Below, piece by piece: positions 32,415 to 42,818 of a stretch of DNA of 64,000 nt. Positions within the stretch are counted from its first letter, which is position 1. The number at the start of each line of letters is the position of its first letter. This DNA comes from Gammaproteobacteria bacterium. GTDB lineage: Bacteria > Pseudomonadota > Gammaproteobacteria > Eutrophobiales > Eutrophobiaceae. A program made the position numbers and the translations under genes. The DNA is taken from positions 2,080,001 through 2,144,000 of the forward strand of contig CBDCDS010000003.1 in NCBI GenBank assembly GCA_965215365.1. Reading direction: 5' to 3'. The notes beneath the pieces are model-generated. The model saw only the letters and a program-made list of their open reading frames with translations. It had not been told where the DNA came from and did no database searches.

Positions 32415-33995
32415 ATGACTGACACGCAGCGCCAATCTGAGGTACTGATTATCGGTAGTGGGGCTTCCGGCTTGAGTCTGGCCTTGCAACTGGCCCGCCA
32501 CGCGCGAGTCACGGTAATCTCCAAGGCGGCCTTGCAGGAAGGCGCAACGCGTTATGCGCAGGGCGGCATCTCCGCAGTCCTGCATGAGCGCGATACGCTC
32601 GAGTCCCATATCAATGACACGCTGAACACGGGCTGCGGACTGTGCGACCCTGAAGTGGTCAGGTTTGTGGTGGAAGAAGGCCGGGAAAGCATTCGCTGGC
32701 TGATTGATCTGGGTGTCAACTTCACCCGCTTCCCCCATGCCGATGGACAGGAGTTCCACCTGCACCAGGAAGGCGGCCATAGTCACCGCCGCGTGCTGCA
32801 TGCGGCGGACTCTACCGGCGCCGCCATAGCCGGCACGCTGGAGAGCCGCGTGCGGGCACATGGCAGCATAGACCTGCTGGAGTTTCATACCAGTCTCGAC
32901 CTCATTGTCAACAATGGGCGCTGTGTTGGCGCTTACGTTTATGATCAGCGTGCGGGACGGGTGCGGGTGTTCCGTTCTCGTTTCACGGTGCTTGCCACGG
33001 GGGGCGCCGGCAAGGTCTATCTGTACACCAGCAACCCCGATATCTGCACCGGCGACGGCATCGCCATGGCCTGGCGTGCAGGTTGCCGGGTCGCCAATAT
33101 GGAATTCATCCAGTTTCATCCCACTTGTCTGTATCACCCCGAGGCGAAGTCGTTTCTGCTCTCCGAGGCCTTGCGCGGCGAGGGCGCAAAATTACTGCTG
33201 CCCGACGGCGCCCGTTTCATGGAAAAGTTTGACCCGCGCGGGGAACTGGCGTCCAGAGATGTGGTCGCGCGCGCCATCGACCACGAAATAAAGCGCTTAG
33301 GTAGCGATTGTCTCTACCTTGACCTCAGCCACCGTGGCAAGAATTTCATTATGAAACACTTCCCCATGATCTATGCCCGTTGCCGGCAATACGGCTTTGA
33401 CCTGGCCCGACAAGCCGTTCCGATTGTGCCCGCAGCCCACTACACCTGTGGCGGGGTGGTGATTGACATGCACGGCCGCACCGATGTGGCCGGCTTGTAT
33501 GCCATCGGCGAGGTGTCCTGTTCCGGCTTGCATGGCGCTAACCGTATGGCAAGCAATTCCCTGCTGGAATGTCTGGTTTTCGCCCATGCCGCGTACCAGG
33601 ACATTCGGCGTCATCTTGCGCAAACTGTGCCCCTGCCGGCCGTACCAGAGTGGGACGAGAGTCAGGTAACGGACTCAGACGAAGAGGTCGTGGTGTCTCA
33701 TAACTGGGATGAAATCCGCCGCTTCATGTGGGATTACGTCGGTATTGTGCGCACCAACAAACGCTTGCAACGCGCCCGCCACCGGATCAGGCTGCTGCAA
33801 GAGGAAATCTACGATTACTACGGCAACTTCCGCATTACCAACGACCTGATCGAATTACGCAATCTGGCTCAGGTAGCAGAACTCATCATCGAATCGGCGC
33901 TGCGGCGCCAGGAAAGCCGGGGACTGCATTACTCGCTTGACTACCCGGTGTCGAACCGGACTGCCTCAGCGCACCATACGATCCTGCAACCCTGA
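32415..33995 (+). CDS. nadB: L-aspartate oxidase
   Basis: IIGSGASG, YAQGGI, EGGHS.RR..H, QFHPT, PAAHYTCGG, GLHGANRMASNSLLE, ESRGLH. Confidence 0.97.
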   Translation: MTDTQRQSEVLIIGSGASGLSLALQLARHARVTVISKAALQEGATRYAQGGISAVLHERDTLESHINDTLNTGCGLCDPEVVRFVVEEGRESIRWLIDLGVNFTRFPHADGQEFHLHQEGGHSHRRVLHAADSTGAAIAGTLESRVRAHGSIDLLEFHTSLDLIVNNGRCVGAYVYDQRAGRVRVFRSRFTVLATGGAGKVYLYTSNPDICTGDGIAMAWRAGCRVANMEFIQFHPTCLYHPEAKSFLLSEALRGEGAKLLLPDGARFMEKFDPRGELASRDVVARAIDHEIKRLGSDCLYLDLSHRGKNFIMKHFPMIYARCRQYGFDLARQAVPIVPAAHYTCGGVVIDMHGRTDVAGLYAIGEVSCSGLHGANRMASNSLLECLVFAHAAYQDIRRHLAQTVPLPAVPEWDESQVTDSDEEVVVSHNWDEIRRFMWDYVGIVRTNKRLQRARHRIRLLQEEIYDYYGNFRITNDLIELRNLAQVAELIIESALRRQESRGLHYSLDYPVSNRTASAHHTILQP

Positions 33996-34009
33996 CTGAC
34001 CCGCGCGCC

Positions 34010-34435
34010 TCAGTCGTTGACCAACACCGGTGTGGCAGCCAGCGTCGGCCCGCCTTCAATCAACTTCTTGTTGGCAGGGTCCACCAACAGATTCAGACCC
34101 TCCATGGTACGTGCGCCGAGTAACTCCATGTCGCCTTTTTGAGCAAAAACAATTTCATCAACCGTGGAGCTGTTGTTCACGTAAATGATGGCATATCCGA
34201 CCGGGCGAGTGACTACCTCTCCATTGGCGATGACAAAACGACGCTTCTTTTCCGGGGTGATGCCAACCTGCTCCAGACGCCGCTCTTCAATCCAGCTGCA
34301 TTCACTGCCGGTATCGACCAGCAATTGGGGCACCCGTATCGAACGCGTGCGGTTTTGATAATTTTCCAGTGAACATTCTGTATAGAACGTGCCCATTTGT
34401 TCCTCCTTACAGTTGATAACAGCCGCGGCAGTCAA
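34010..34435 (-). CDS. Clan AA (retropepsin-like) aspartic protease
   Basis: LLVDTGS catalytic motif, A.G flap, LLG...MEGLNL.VDP C-terminal motif; likely start MGTF. Confidence 0.82.
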   Translation of the reverse strand: MTAAAVINCKEEQMGTFYTECSLENYQNRTRSIRVPQLLVDTGSECSWIEERRLEQVGITPEKKRRFVIANGEVVTRPVGYAIIYVNNSSTVDEIVFAQKGDMELLGARTMEGLNLLVDPANKKLIEGGPTLAATPVLVND

Positions 34436-34447
34436 GGCAAACCGCCG

Positions 34448-36496
<2,049 letters not shown>

Positions 36497-39400
36497 TCAT
36501 GCAGAAGCGGCCAGCTCCACGGCTGCGTCAATATCCACTGACACCAGGCGTGAAACGCCAGCCTCGTGCATGGTAACACCCAGTAGCTGGCGCGTGATCT
36601 CCATGGTGATTTTATTGTGGGTAACGATGATGAATTGCACGTCTTTGGACATGACCTTTACCATTTCACTGAACCTGACCACGTTGCTATCGTCCAGTGG
36701 CGCATCCACCTCATCTAAGATACAGAATGGGGCCGGATTCAGTTTGAAGATAGAGAACACCAGCGCCACGGCCGTCAGGGCTTTCTCACCGCCGGACAAC
36801 AGATGGATATTGCTGTTCTTTTTACCCGGCGGTCTGGCCATGACCGTCACGCCGGTTTCCAGCAGGTTTTGCTCGGTCATTTCCAGGTACGCATGACCGC
36901 CGCCGAACAACAGTGGAAAGTTTTCCTGGAGGTTTGCATTCAGGCGTTCGAAAGTTTCCTTGAAACGGGCGCGGGTCTCTTTGTCAATCTTGAGCATGGC
37001 ATTCTCCAGCGTCTCCAGAGCAGTGGACAAATCAGCATACTGGCTGTCCAGATAGGTTTTACGTTCACTGTTCTGTTCATATTCACCAATGGCCGCCAGA
37101 TTAATGGCGCCCAGGCGTTGTATCCGGTTCTCCACTGCGCCCAAGCGCTCTCGCCATGGTTGTATCCGGGCCTGCTCATCCAGCCCTTCCAGCAAGGCCT
37201 GGGGAGTATGTGCCATTGCCTCCAGCCGCTCTGCCAACGTTTGCACCCTGACGGTTGTCTCCTGGTGCCGGATGCGCGCCTGCTCCAATACTGCGCGTAA
37301 TTCCTGCAATGCCAGTTCCTTGTCCGCGCGCGCCTGCTCTTCGTCTCTGAGCAGCTGTTCCTGGCCTTGAACGGTTTCCCGAGCCGTTGCCAAGGCGGTT
37401 TCCGAGCTCAACTTCTGCGCCAGTTTGAGTTCCAGTTCATCACCCAGTTGTTGCAGCGGTTGCTGCTGTGCAGCCTGCGCGCGCGCCAGTTCGCCGAGGC
37501 GCTGCTCCAGCGCGGCAAGCTGCTCCTCGCCGCGCCGGCACGACTGTGCAAATGATGCCTTTTGCGTTTTGGCCGAGGTCACTTGCAATTCGAGAGCGTG
37601 GCTGTCGGCACCGGCATCCTGCCAGTGTGAGCGGGCTTTGCTCAACGCCTGGGTATGCTCGGCGCGCGTTGAGGCCAGTTGTTGCTGTTGTGTGAGCAAC
37701 TCCTGTCGGCACTTTTGAGCGCGCGCCAGCAGCGGTTCAAGCTGAACTATTTCCGCCTGCGCAGCCTGTTCCTGGTCATGCAAGTCATGTAGTTCCTGTT
37801 CAATCCTGGTGGCTCTCTCGGAACTCTGTTCGTGCCGGGTTTTTAACTCTGTAAACTGTGCCTTGGTGGTTGCAACAACTTCTTGTTGATTATTTAATGA
37901 TATAAGTAACTTATTGTTTTTAATGTTTTCTTTCTCGACAAGGTTGTTCTTTTGTCTGATCTCGTCTTCGCGCTGGCCAATCCCGGTTTGCAATTCCTGC
38001 CGGATCCCTTTCAAGCGGGTCAGCTCCTGTTCGCGCGCCAGTGCGCCGGGTGCCTCCGCGGCGCCTTGCATTCTTACCCAGTAATTATTCAGCCACACGC
38101 CGTCTTTGGTGATGACCGACTCGGTGTCATCCAGCTCGCGACCGATTAACCGTGCCTGTTGCTCACTCTCCGCCAGGTAGATACGGTTCAGCAAGACCTC
38201 CACAGGCGTTGGCGTTGTGACCTTGTCGATCAGCCTGGGCCAGGGTTTGGGTGTGTAACTGATGGGCTCGCCCTCAGCCAGCACAAAGCCGGCGTTACCG
38301 GTTTGCAGTGATGCTGTGTCCAAGTCAAGACCCTGCAGGTCTGTAACCAGCAAATCCTGCAAGCGCGCGCCAAGCACCAGCTCCAGCGCGGCCTCCCAAC
38401 CCGGCTCCACTCGTATCTCGTCTATCAGCCGAGGTCTGTCCGTCAACCCCTGCGCGGCCAACCAACGTTCCAGACTTTCCGTATCGTCCAGTGTTTGTGC
38501 GCGCTGCAATGCCTGCAGGGAGGTGATGCGGTTCTCATTCTTCTGGTGTTCGGCGCGCAACGTCTGAACTTGTGTATTCAAGTCTGTCAGCGCAGCCCGG
38601 TAGTCCTGCAAGCTGGCGGCGCTTTCCTGCAATTCCTGTTTCCTGCGCGCCAGCAGGCGCTCACTTTCGCCGGCGGCTGCAGATAAAATTTCCAACTCCT
38701 GTTGCAGTCGCTCCGGGAACAGCGTTGCCGCTTCCTGCTGCAAGTCGGCGCGGCGTTGCTCCAGCACCAATGTCCCGGACTGCAACAAGCCCTTGCGCGT
38801 GGTGTTCACTTCAATGCGCTTGTCGGTCTCGGCCAGCGTGCGCTGTAATGTATCCCACTCCTGTTGCAGGGTTTGCCAAACCTGCTCTGCAGTGCGCAAG
38901 GCCTTGTGGGCATCGCTGCCGGCGCTACGGGCGCGCTCCAGGCGTGGCGCCAGCTGCTCTATCCTGTCCGTAAGCTCGGTCAACTGCCTAGTATCATCCG
39001 CCTGTTGCCGCAACAGCGCCTGCTCGGATTGCCCGACCTTGGCGGCTTCCTCAGCCAGTGCATCAATGCGCTCTTTGGTATGGGTAATGCGTTGCTCCAG
39101 CTGCGATATGTCGCTGCCGATCTGGTAAAACCCGGCCTGGGCTACGTTAAGCGCTTCATTCGCGGCGCTGTAGCTCTGTCGCTGTGTCTCAATGCCTGCT
39201 TCCACCTTGCGCAGCGCGGCGAGACCGGCTTCCACCCGGTTTTCGTGCCTGCGCACAGCGCCAAGCCGGTCTTCGGCAGCAGCCGACAACTCCTGCCATT
39301 CCAGCGCCAGCAGTTCCGCCTGCAGTTGCCGCTCTTCCTGCTTGAGCGCCTTGAAACGTTCCGCCGCGCGGGCCTGTCGTTGCAAGTGTTCCAGTTGCTT

Positions 39401-40006
39401 TTCCAGTTCTTCCAGCAGGTCCGTCAACCTGCTGATGTTATCGCGGGTATGCCGGATGCGACGTTCCGTTTCCCGGCGCCGCTCCCGGAACCTGGAGATC
39501 CCGGCCGCCTCCTCCAGGAACATGCGCAACTCCTCTGGCCTGGCTTCTATGAGCCGGGAGATCACGCCTTGCTCAATAATTGAATAACTGCGCGGACCGA
39601 TACCGGTGCCGAGGAAGATATCCTGGATGTCCTTGCGTCGACAACGCGCGCCGTTGAGGAAATAGGTGGATATCGCATCCCGGTTCAATTGTCGGCGGAT
39701 GGAGATTTCGGCATACCCGGCATAGGCTCCGCCGAGTTTACCCCCCGCATTGTCAAACACAAGTTCCACCGAGGCCTGACCGACCGGCTGTCTGGCGCCA
39801 GAGCCGTTGAAAATCACATCAGTCAAGGCTTCACCGCGTAAATGCCTGGCGGAACTCTCCCCCATTACCCAGGTCACTGCATCGATAATATTGGACTTGC
39901 CACAGCCATTCGGCCCGACGATTCCGACCAGATTGTCGGCAACCTGCAGGACCGTGGGCTCAACAAAGGATTTGAAGCCGGCGAGTTTAATTTTGCGTAA
40001 GCGCAT
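36497..40006 (-). CDS. smc: Chromosome segregation protein SMC
   Basis: GFKSF, GPNGCGKSN, coiled coils and hinge, LSGGE, ILDEVDAPLD. Confidence 0.98.
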   Translation of the reverse strand: MRLRKIKLAGFKSFVEPTVLQVADNLVGIVGPNGCGKSNIIDAVTWVMGESSARHLRGEALTDVIFNGSGARQPVGQASVELVFDNAGGKLGGAYAGYAEISIRRQLNRDAISTYFLNGARCRRKDIQDIFLGTGIGPRSYSIIEQGVISRLIEARPEELRMFLEEAAGISRFRERRRETERRIRHTRDNISRLTDLLEELEKQLEHLQRQARAAERFKALKQEERQLQAELLALEWQELSAAAEDRLGAVRRHENRVEAGLAALRKVEAGIETQRQSYSAANEALNVAQAGFYQIGSDISQLEQRITHTKERIDALAEEAAKVGQSEQALLRQQADDTRQLTELTDRIEQLAPRLERARSAGSDAHKALRTAEQVWQTLQQEWDTLQRTLAETDKRIEVNTTRKGLLQSGTLVLEQRRADLQQEAATLFPERLQQELEILSAAAGESERLLARRKQELQESAASLQDYRAALTDLNTQVQTLRAEHQKNENRITSLQALQRAQTLDDTESLERWLAAQGLTDRPRLIDEIRVEPGWEAALELVLGARLQDLLVTDLQGLDLDTASLQTGNAGFVLAEGEPISYTPKPWPRLIDKVTTPTPVEVLLNRIYLAESEQQARLIGRELDDTESVITKDGVWLNNYWVRMQGAAEAPGALAREQELTRLKGIRQELQTGIGQREDEIRQKNNLVEKENIKNNKLLISLNNQQEVVATTKAQFTELKTRHEQSSERATRIEQELHDLHDQEQAAQAEIVQLEPLLARAQKCRQELLTQQQQLASTRAEHTQALSKARSHWQDAGADSHALELQVTSAKTQKASFAQSCRRGEEQLAALEQRLGELARAQAAQQQPLQQLGDELELKLAQKLSSETALATARETVQGQEQLLRDEEQARADKELALQELRAVLEQARIRHQETTVRVQTLAERLEAMAHTPQALLEGLDEQARIQPWRERLGAVENRIQRLGAINLAAIGEYEQNSERKTYLDSQYADLSTALETLENAMLKIDKETRARFKETFERLNANLQENFPLLFGGGHAYLEMTEQNLLETGVTVMARPPGKKNSNIHLLSGGEKALTAVALVFSIFKLNPAPFCILDEVDAPLDDSNVVRFSEMVKVMSKDVQFIIVTHNKITMEITRQLLGVTMHEAGVSRLVSVDIDAAVELAASA

Positions 40007-40253
40007 GAACAGTTAACCCGCATATCTCACCGAGTGATGCGAAGCTCGCGCCGGATGGGTTCTGCCTGCGGGTGCATGCGACCGAAACCATAGCGGTAGC
40101 TATGGTTGAGCAAGCACGTGCCCGCAGGCAGAACCAAAACCAGCGAGGGCGCATCAAGCGCAGTGTGTTATGTGGAAAGAGTAGCAGTATTATCATAACT
40201 TATTGAGAGAAATTATGGTAACCTCTAAAAATACCCTCCGTGGTATTTTGTGA

Positions 40254-40325
40254 TGCGTCCCATCCTTGGGACGCCCCCTGCGGGCGTCCTGCGGACGTCC
40301 AAATCCGCTCCGGGCGGATTTGTGA
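40254..40325 (+). repeat. 72-nt four-hairpin module C1
   Basis: Absent from the 10534-10683 copy; GTGA direct repeat at the junctions. Confidence 0.75.
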
Positions 40326-40363
40326 GACGGAAATGAAAAAGTATGATTTTTCATTTCCCTCAT

Positions 40364-40867
40364 TGCGTCCATCCGTGGACGCAACCCTTCGGGCAGCTAT
40401 GGCTGTGCACAAATTCGTCTGGAACGAATTTGGACAGCGCAGCTGGCCCCATCGGGGCAAACTACACGGATGTAGTTTGCACAAATTCGTCTGGAACGAA
40501 TTTGGACAGCGCAGCTGGCCCCATCGGGGCAAACTACACGGATGTAGTTTGCACAAATTCGTCTGGAACGAATTTGGACAGCGCAGCTGGCCCCATCGGG
40601 GCAAACTACACGGATGTAGTTTGCACAAATTCGTCTGGAACGAATTTGGACAGCGCAGCTGGCCCCATCGGGGCAAACTACACGGATGTAGTTTGCACAA
40701 ATTCGTCTGGAACGAATTTGGACAGCGCAGCTGGCCCCATCGGGGCAAACTACACGGATGTAGTTTGCACAAATTCGTCTGGAACGAATTTGGACAGCGC
40801 AGCTGGCCCCATCGGGGCAAACTACACGGATGTAGTTTGCAAATCGTCTATCCTGACGATTTGTCAT
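40364..40867 (+). repeat. 72-nt four-hairpin module C2 (40364-40407 plus 40840-40867), split by the tandem array
   Basis: Absent from the 10534-10683 copy; TCAT direct repeat at the junctions; 44+28=72 nt. Confidence 0.75.
40408..40839 (-). repeat. Perfect tandem array, 6 x 72 bp (module C3, inverted relative to C1/C2)
   Basis: Unit CACAAATTCGTCTGGAACGAATTTGGACAGCGCAGCTGGCCCCATCGGGGCAAACTACACGGATGTAGTTTG starts at 40408, 40480, 40552, 40624, 40696 and 40768; no spacers. Confidence 0.97.
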
Positions 40868-41022
40868 TTTCAAGCACTTACGTGCTTGCTGTTACTGGCA
40901 GCATGTCCTTATGCTGCACGGGCACCTCTAATTTTTAGAGGTGCCCTTATGTTTCACAAGGCAACAAGCGACTTGGTGAGATATGCGGGTTAAGATACCG
41001 GTAAGCGTGTACTGATACAAGA

Positions 41023-42154
41023 TGTCCGGGTTCAGAAACAAGTAAGACTCTTTAGATAAAGAAATCGGGTAGTCTGTGTGTGAATTAATCTCAACTAATT
41101 GACACAGGAGGACTACCCGATGCAGATCAAAAGCCTGCGGGTGAAATCATATCGCAGTTGGCGCGTGGATGATACTACCGATGCTGACGCGCTCGGTCGT
41201 TTGCAGCAGTTGGAATTGGTTGCGACGTTACGCGAGGATGGGTGTGGTGAGGCGACGGCACTGGCAGCAGTAGGTTGGTCGAGGGCGACCTACTACCGTT
41301 GGTTGAAGCGGTATCGTGAACATGGGCTGAAGGGTCTGGGGTGTGGCTCTCGTGCGCCGCGGCGGCGGCGTGTGCCGCAATGGACGCGCCAGCACGAGCA
41401 GCAGGTCTTGCACCTTCGCCAACGTTATCCGTTATGGGGCAAGCGTAAGCTCTGGCGGGTGGGGGTGCGCGAGCAGGGCTGGACTTTGAGCGAGAGTACG
41501 GTCGGGCGCATCGTGGCGAAGCTGGTGCGGCTAGGTCGGGTCAAGCCGGTGGCGTTTTACTATGGCCGGGTGAAGCCTAAGCGCCGCCGGGCGTTTACCC
41601 ATCATGCCAAGCGCTGGCGCTACGGGATGAAGGCTAAGGCGCCAGGGGAGTTGATGCAGATAGACCACATGAGTGTCGGCTTCACGGACGGCGTCACGGT
41701 GAAGGAGTTCAAGGCCGTCTGTCCGGTGAGCAAATGGAGTGCGCTGCGAGCCTACAGTCGGGCCACCAGTGGCAATGCCCGGCGCTTCTTAAAGGCGCTG
41801 TGCCAAGAGGCGCCGTTTCCCATCCGTTCTATCCAGGTCGATGGCGGCTCGGAGTTCCGAGATGAGTTCGAGCAGGCTTGCCAGGACTTAGGAATCCCCC
41901 TGTACGTGCTGCCCCCGAAAAAACCCGAATACAACGGCTGTGTAGAACGCGCCAATGCCACCAGCCGCTATGAGTTCTATCCGTTCTACGAGGGTCCACT
42001 GACCGTGGCGGCCATCAACCGCAAACTGGCAGAGTATCAGCAATACTACAATACCTACCGCCCGCATGACGGTATTGGTTTATTAACCCCAATGGAGTAT
42101 TATCAACAACTCACACAGCCTGCCTCTGAGTCTCATATGTATTGAACCTGGACA
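41023..42154 (+). mobile_element. IS481-family insertion sequence (1132 bp), 5-bp CAAGA target duplication
   Basis: Left end TGTCCGGGTTCA..AGACTC, right end (reverse complement) TGTCCAGGTTCA..AGACTC; CAAGA on both sides; TGT...ACA ends. Confidence 0.9.
41120..42145 (+). CDS. IS481-family DDE transposase
   Basis: HTH SRATYYRW, P.WG.RKL, QIDH / QVDGGSEF / NGCVER DDE triad, YN..RPH; AGGAGG RBS. Confidence 0.92.
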   Translation: MQIKSLRVKSYRSWRVDDTTDADALGRLQQLELVATLREDGCGEATALAAVGWSRATYYRWLKRYREHGLKGLGCGSRAPRRRRVPQWTRQHEQQVLHLRQRYPLWGKRKLWRVGVREQGWTLSESTVGRIVAKLVRLGRVKPVAFYYGRVKPKRRRAFTHHAKRWRYGMKAKAPGELMQIDHMSVGFTDGVTVKEFKAVCPVSKWSALRAYSRATSGNARRFLKALCQEAPFPIRSIQVDGGSEFRDEFEQACQDLGIPLYVLPPKKPEYNGCVERANATSRYEFYPFYEGPLTVAAINRKLAEYQQYYNTYRPHDGIGLLTPMEYYQQLTQPASESHMY

Positions 42155-42180
42155 CAAGATTGACACAAAATAAAAATTAA

Positions 42181-42224
42181 AGTAACTTCCGAAAATACCT
42201 GCCTTGGCATTTTTAGAGGTTCCC
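42181..42224. repeat. Degenerate 44-bp mini copy of family B with TTAA flanks
   Basis: ttaa-AGTAACTTCCGAAAATACC...GGCATTTTTAGAGGTTCCC-ttaa resembles the other end hairpin of family B. Confidence 0.6.
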
Positions 42225-42274
42225 TTAAACCCGACGCCGGTGCATGGGGGAATGCATACTGGTAAAAAAACGAG

Positions 42275-42721
42275 ATGAAACGAAACGTCACCGAGGCTCA
42301 ATCCTCTGCAACGGCCTCTGCAACCAGCCCCGACCGCGGCATTGCTGAGTCAGGAGGCTATATGAATCCGGCCCAGGCTGCCCATTTCCGCGAGCAGTTA
42401 ATCGACTGGAAACATTCCTTGATGAAGGAAGTGGAACGTACTGTCCACCACATGCAGGACGAAGCGTCGAATTTTCCCGACCCCAACGACCGCGCCACCC
42501 AAGAAGAAGAGTTTGCACTGGAACTGAGGACTCGCGACCGGGAACGGAAACTCATCCGCAAGATAGATGAGTCGCTGATGATGCTGGATGCCGGCGATTA
42601 CGGCTATTGCGAAATCTGCGGCGGCGAGATCGGCATCCAGCGTCTGCAAGCCAGGCCCACGGCCACCCTCTGCATCGACTGTAAAACCTTAGACGAAATC
42701 AAGGAGCGGCAACTGGGGTAG
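42275..42721 (+). CDS. dksA: RNA polymerase-binding factor DksA
   Basis: YMN..Q..HF, DPNDRATQEEEF.LELR.RDRERKL, C4 Zn finger. Confidence 0.97.
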   Translation: MKRNVTEAQSSATASATSPDRGIAESGGYMNPAQAAHFREQLIDWKHSLMKEVERTVHHMQDEASNFPDPNDRATQEEEFALELRTRDRERKLIRKIDESLMMLDAGDYGYCEICGGEIGIQRLQARPTATLCIDCKTLDEIKERQLG

Positions 42722-42818
42722 TTACTCTATACCGAACCGGCAGATACCAAATAAAGGGAGCGGACCGGGCTACTGCCGTGCAGCTTCATTCTCGTATCAT
42801 TCAGGTTATACTACGCCC

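Larger units (their letters stand above)
40217..40946 (+). mobile_element. MITE family B copy with TTAT target duplication, carrying 72-nt palindromic inserts
   Basis: GGTAACCTCTAAAAAT...ATTTTTAGAGGTGCCC with TTAT on both sides; matches 10534-10683 outside the inserts. Confidence 0.87.
40014..40992 (+). mobile_element. MITE family A copy interrupted by a family B element
   Basis: 40014-40216 plus 40951-40992 give 245 bp colinear with 54871-55115; ends TAACCCGCATATCTCACC / GGTGAGATATGCGGGTTA. Confidence 0.88.

Noticed and set aside
40408-40839. CRISPR array
   Set aside because: All 72-bp units are identical with no variable spacers, and there are no cas genes in the window
40254-40867. tRNA genes (tRNA-sized multi-hairpin units)
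   Set aside because: No acceptor stem, TTCGAAT T-loop, D-loop or CCA end; the hairpins are serial rather than a cloverleaf
40200-40993. Repeat-protein ORFs of 158-232 aa in four frames across the array
   Set aside because: Open frames follow from a stop-free 72-bp unit inside nested MITEs; no convincing RBS or coding signature
41023-42154. IS481 as the mobiliser of the adjacent MITEs or array
   Set aside because: Its TGTCC..GGACA ends and 5-bp duplication match none of families A, B or C; adjacency is best read as a shared insertion hotspot
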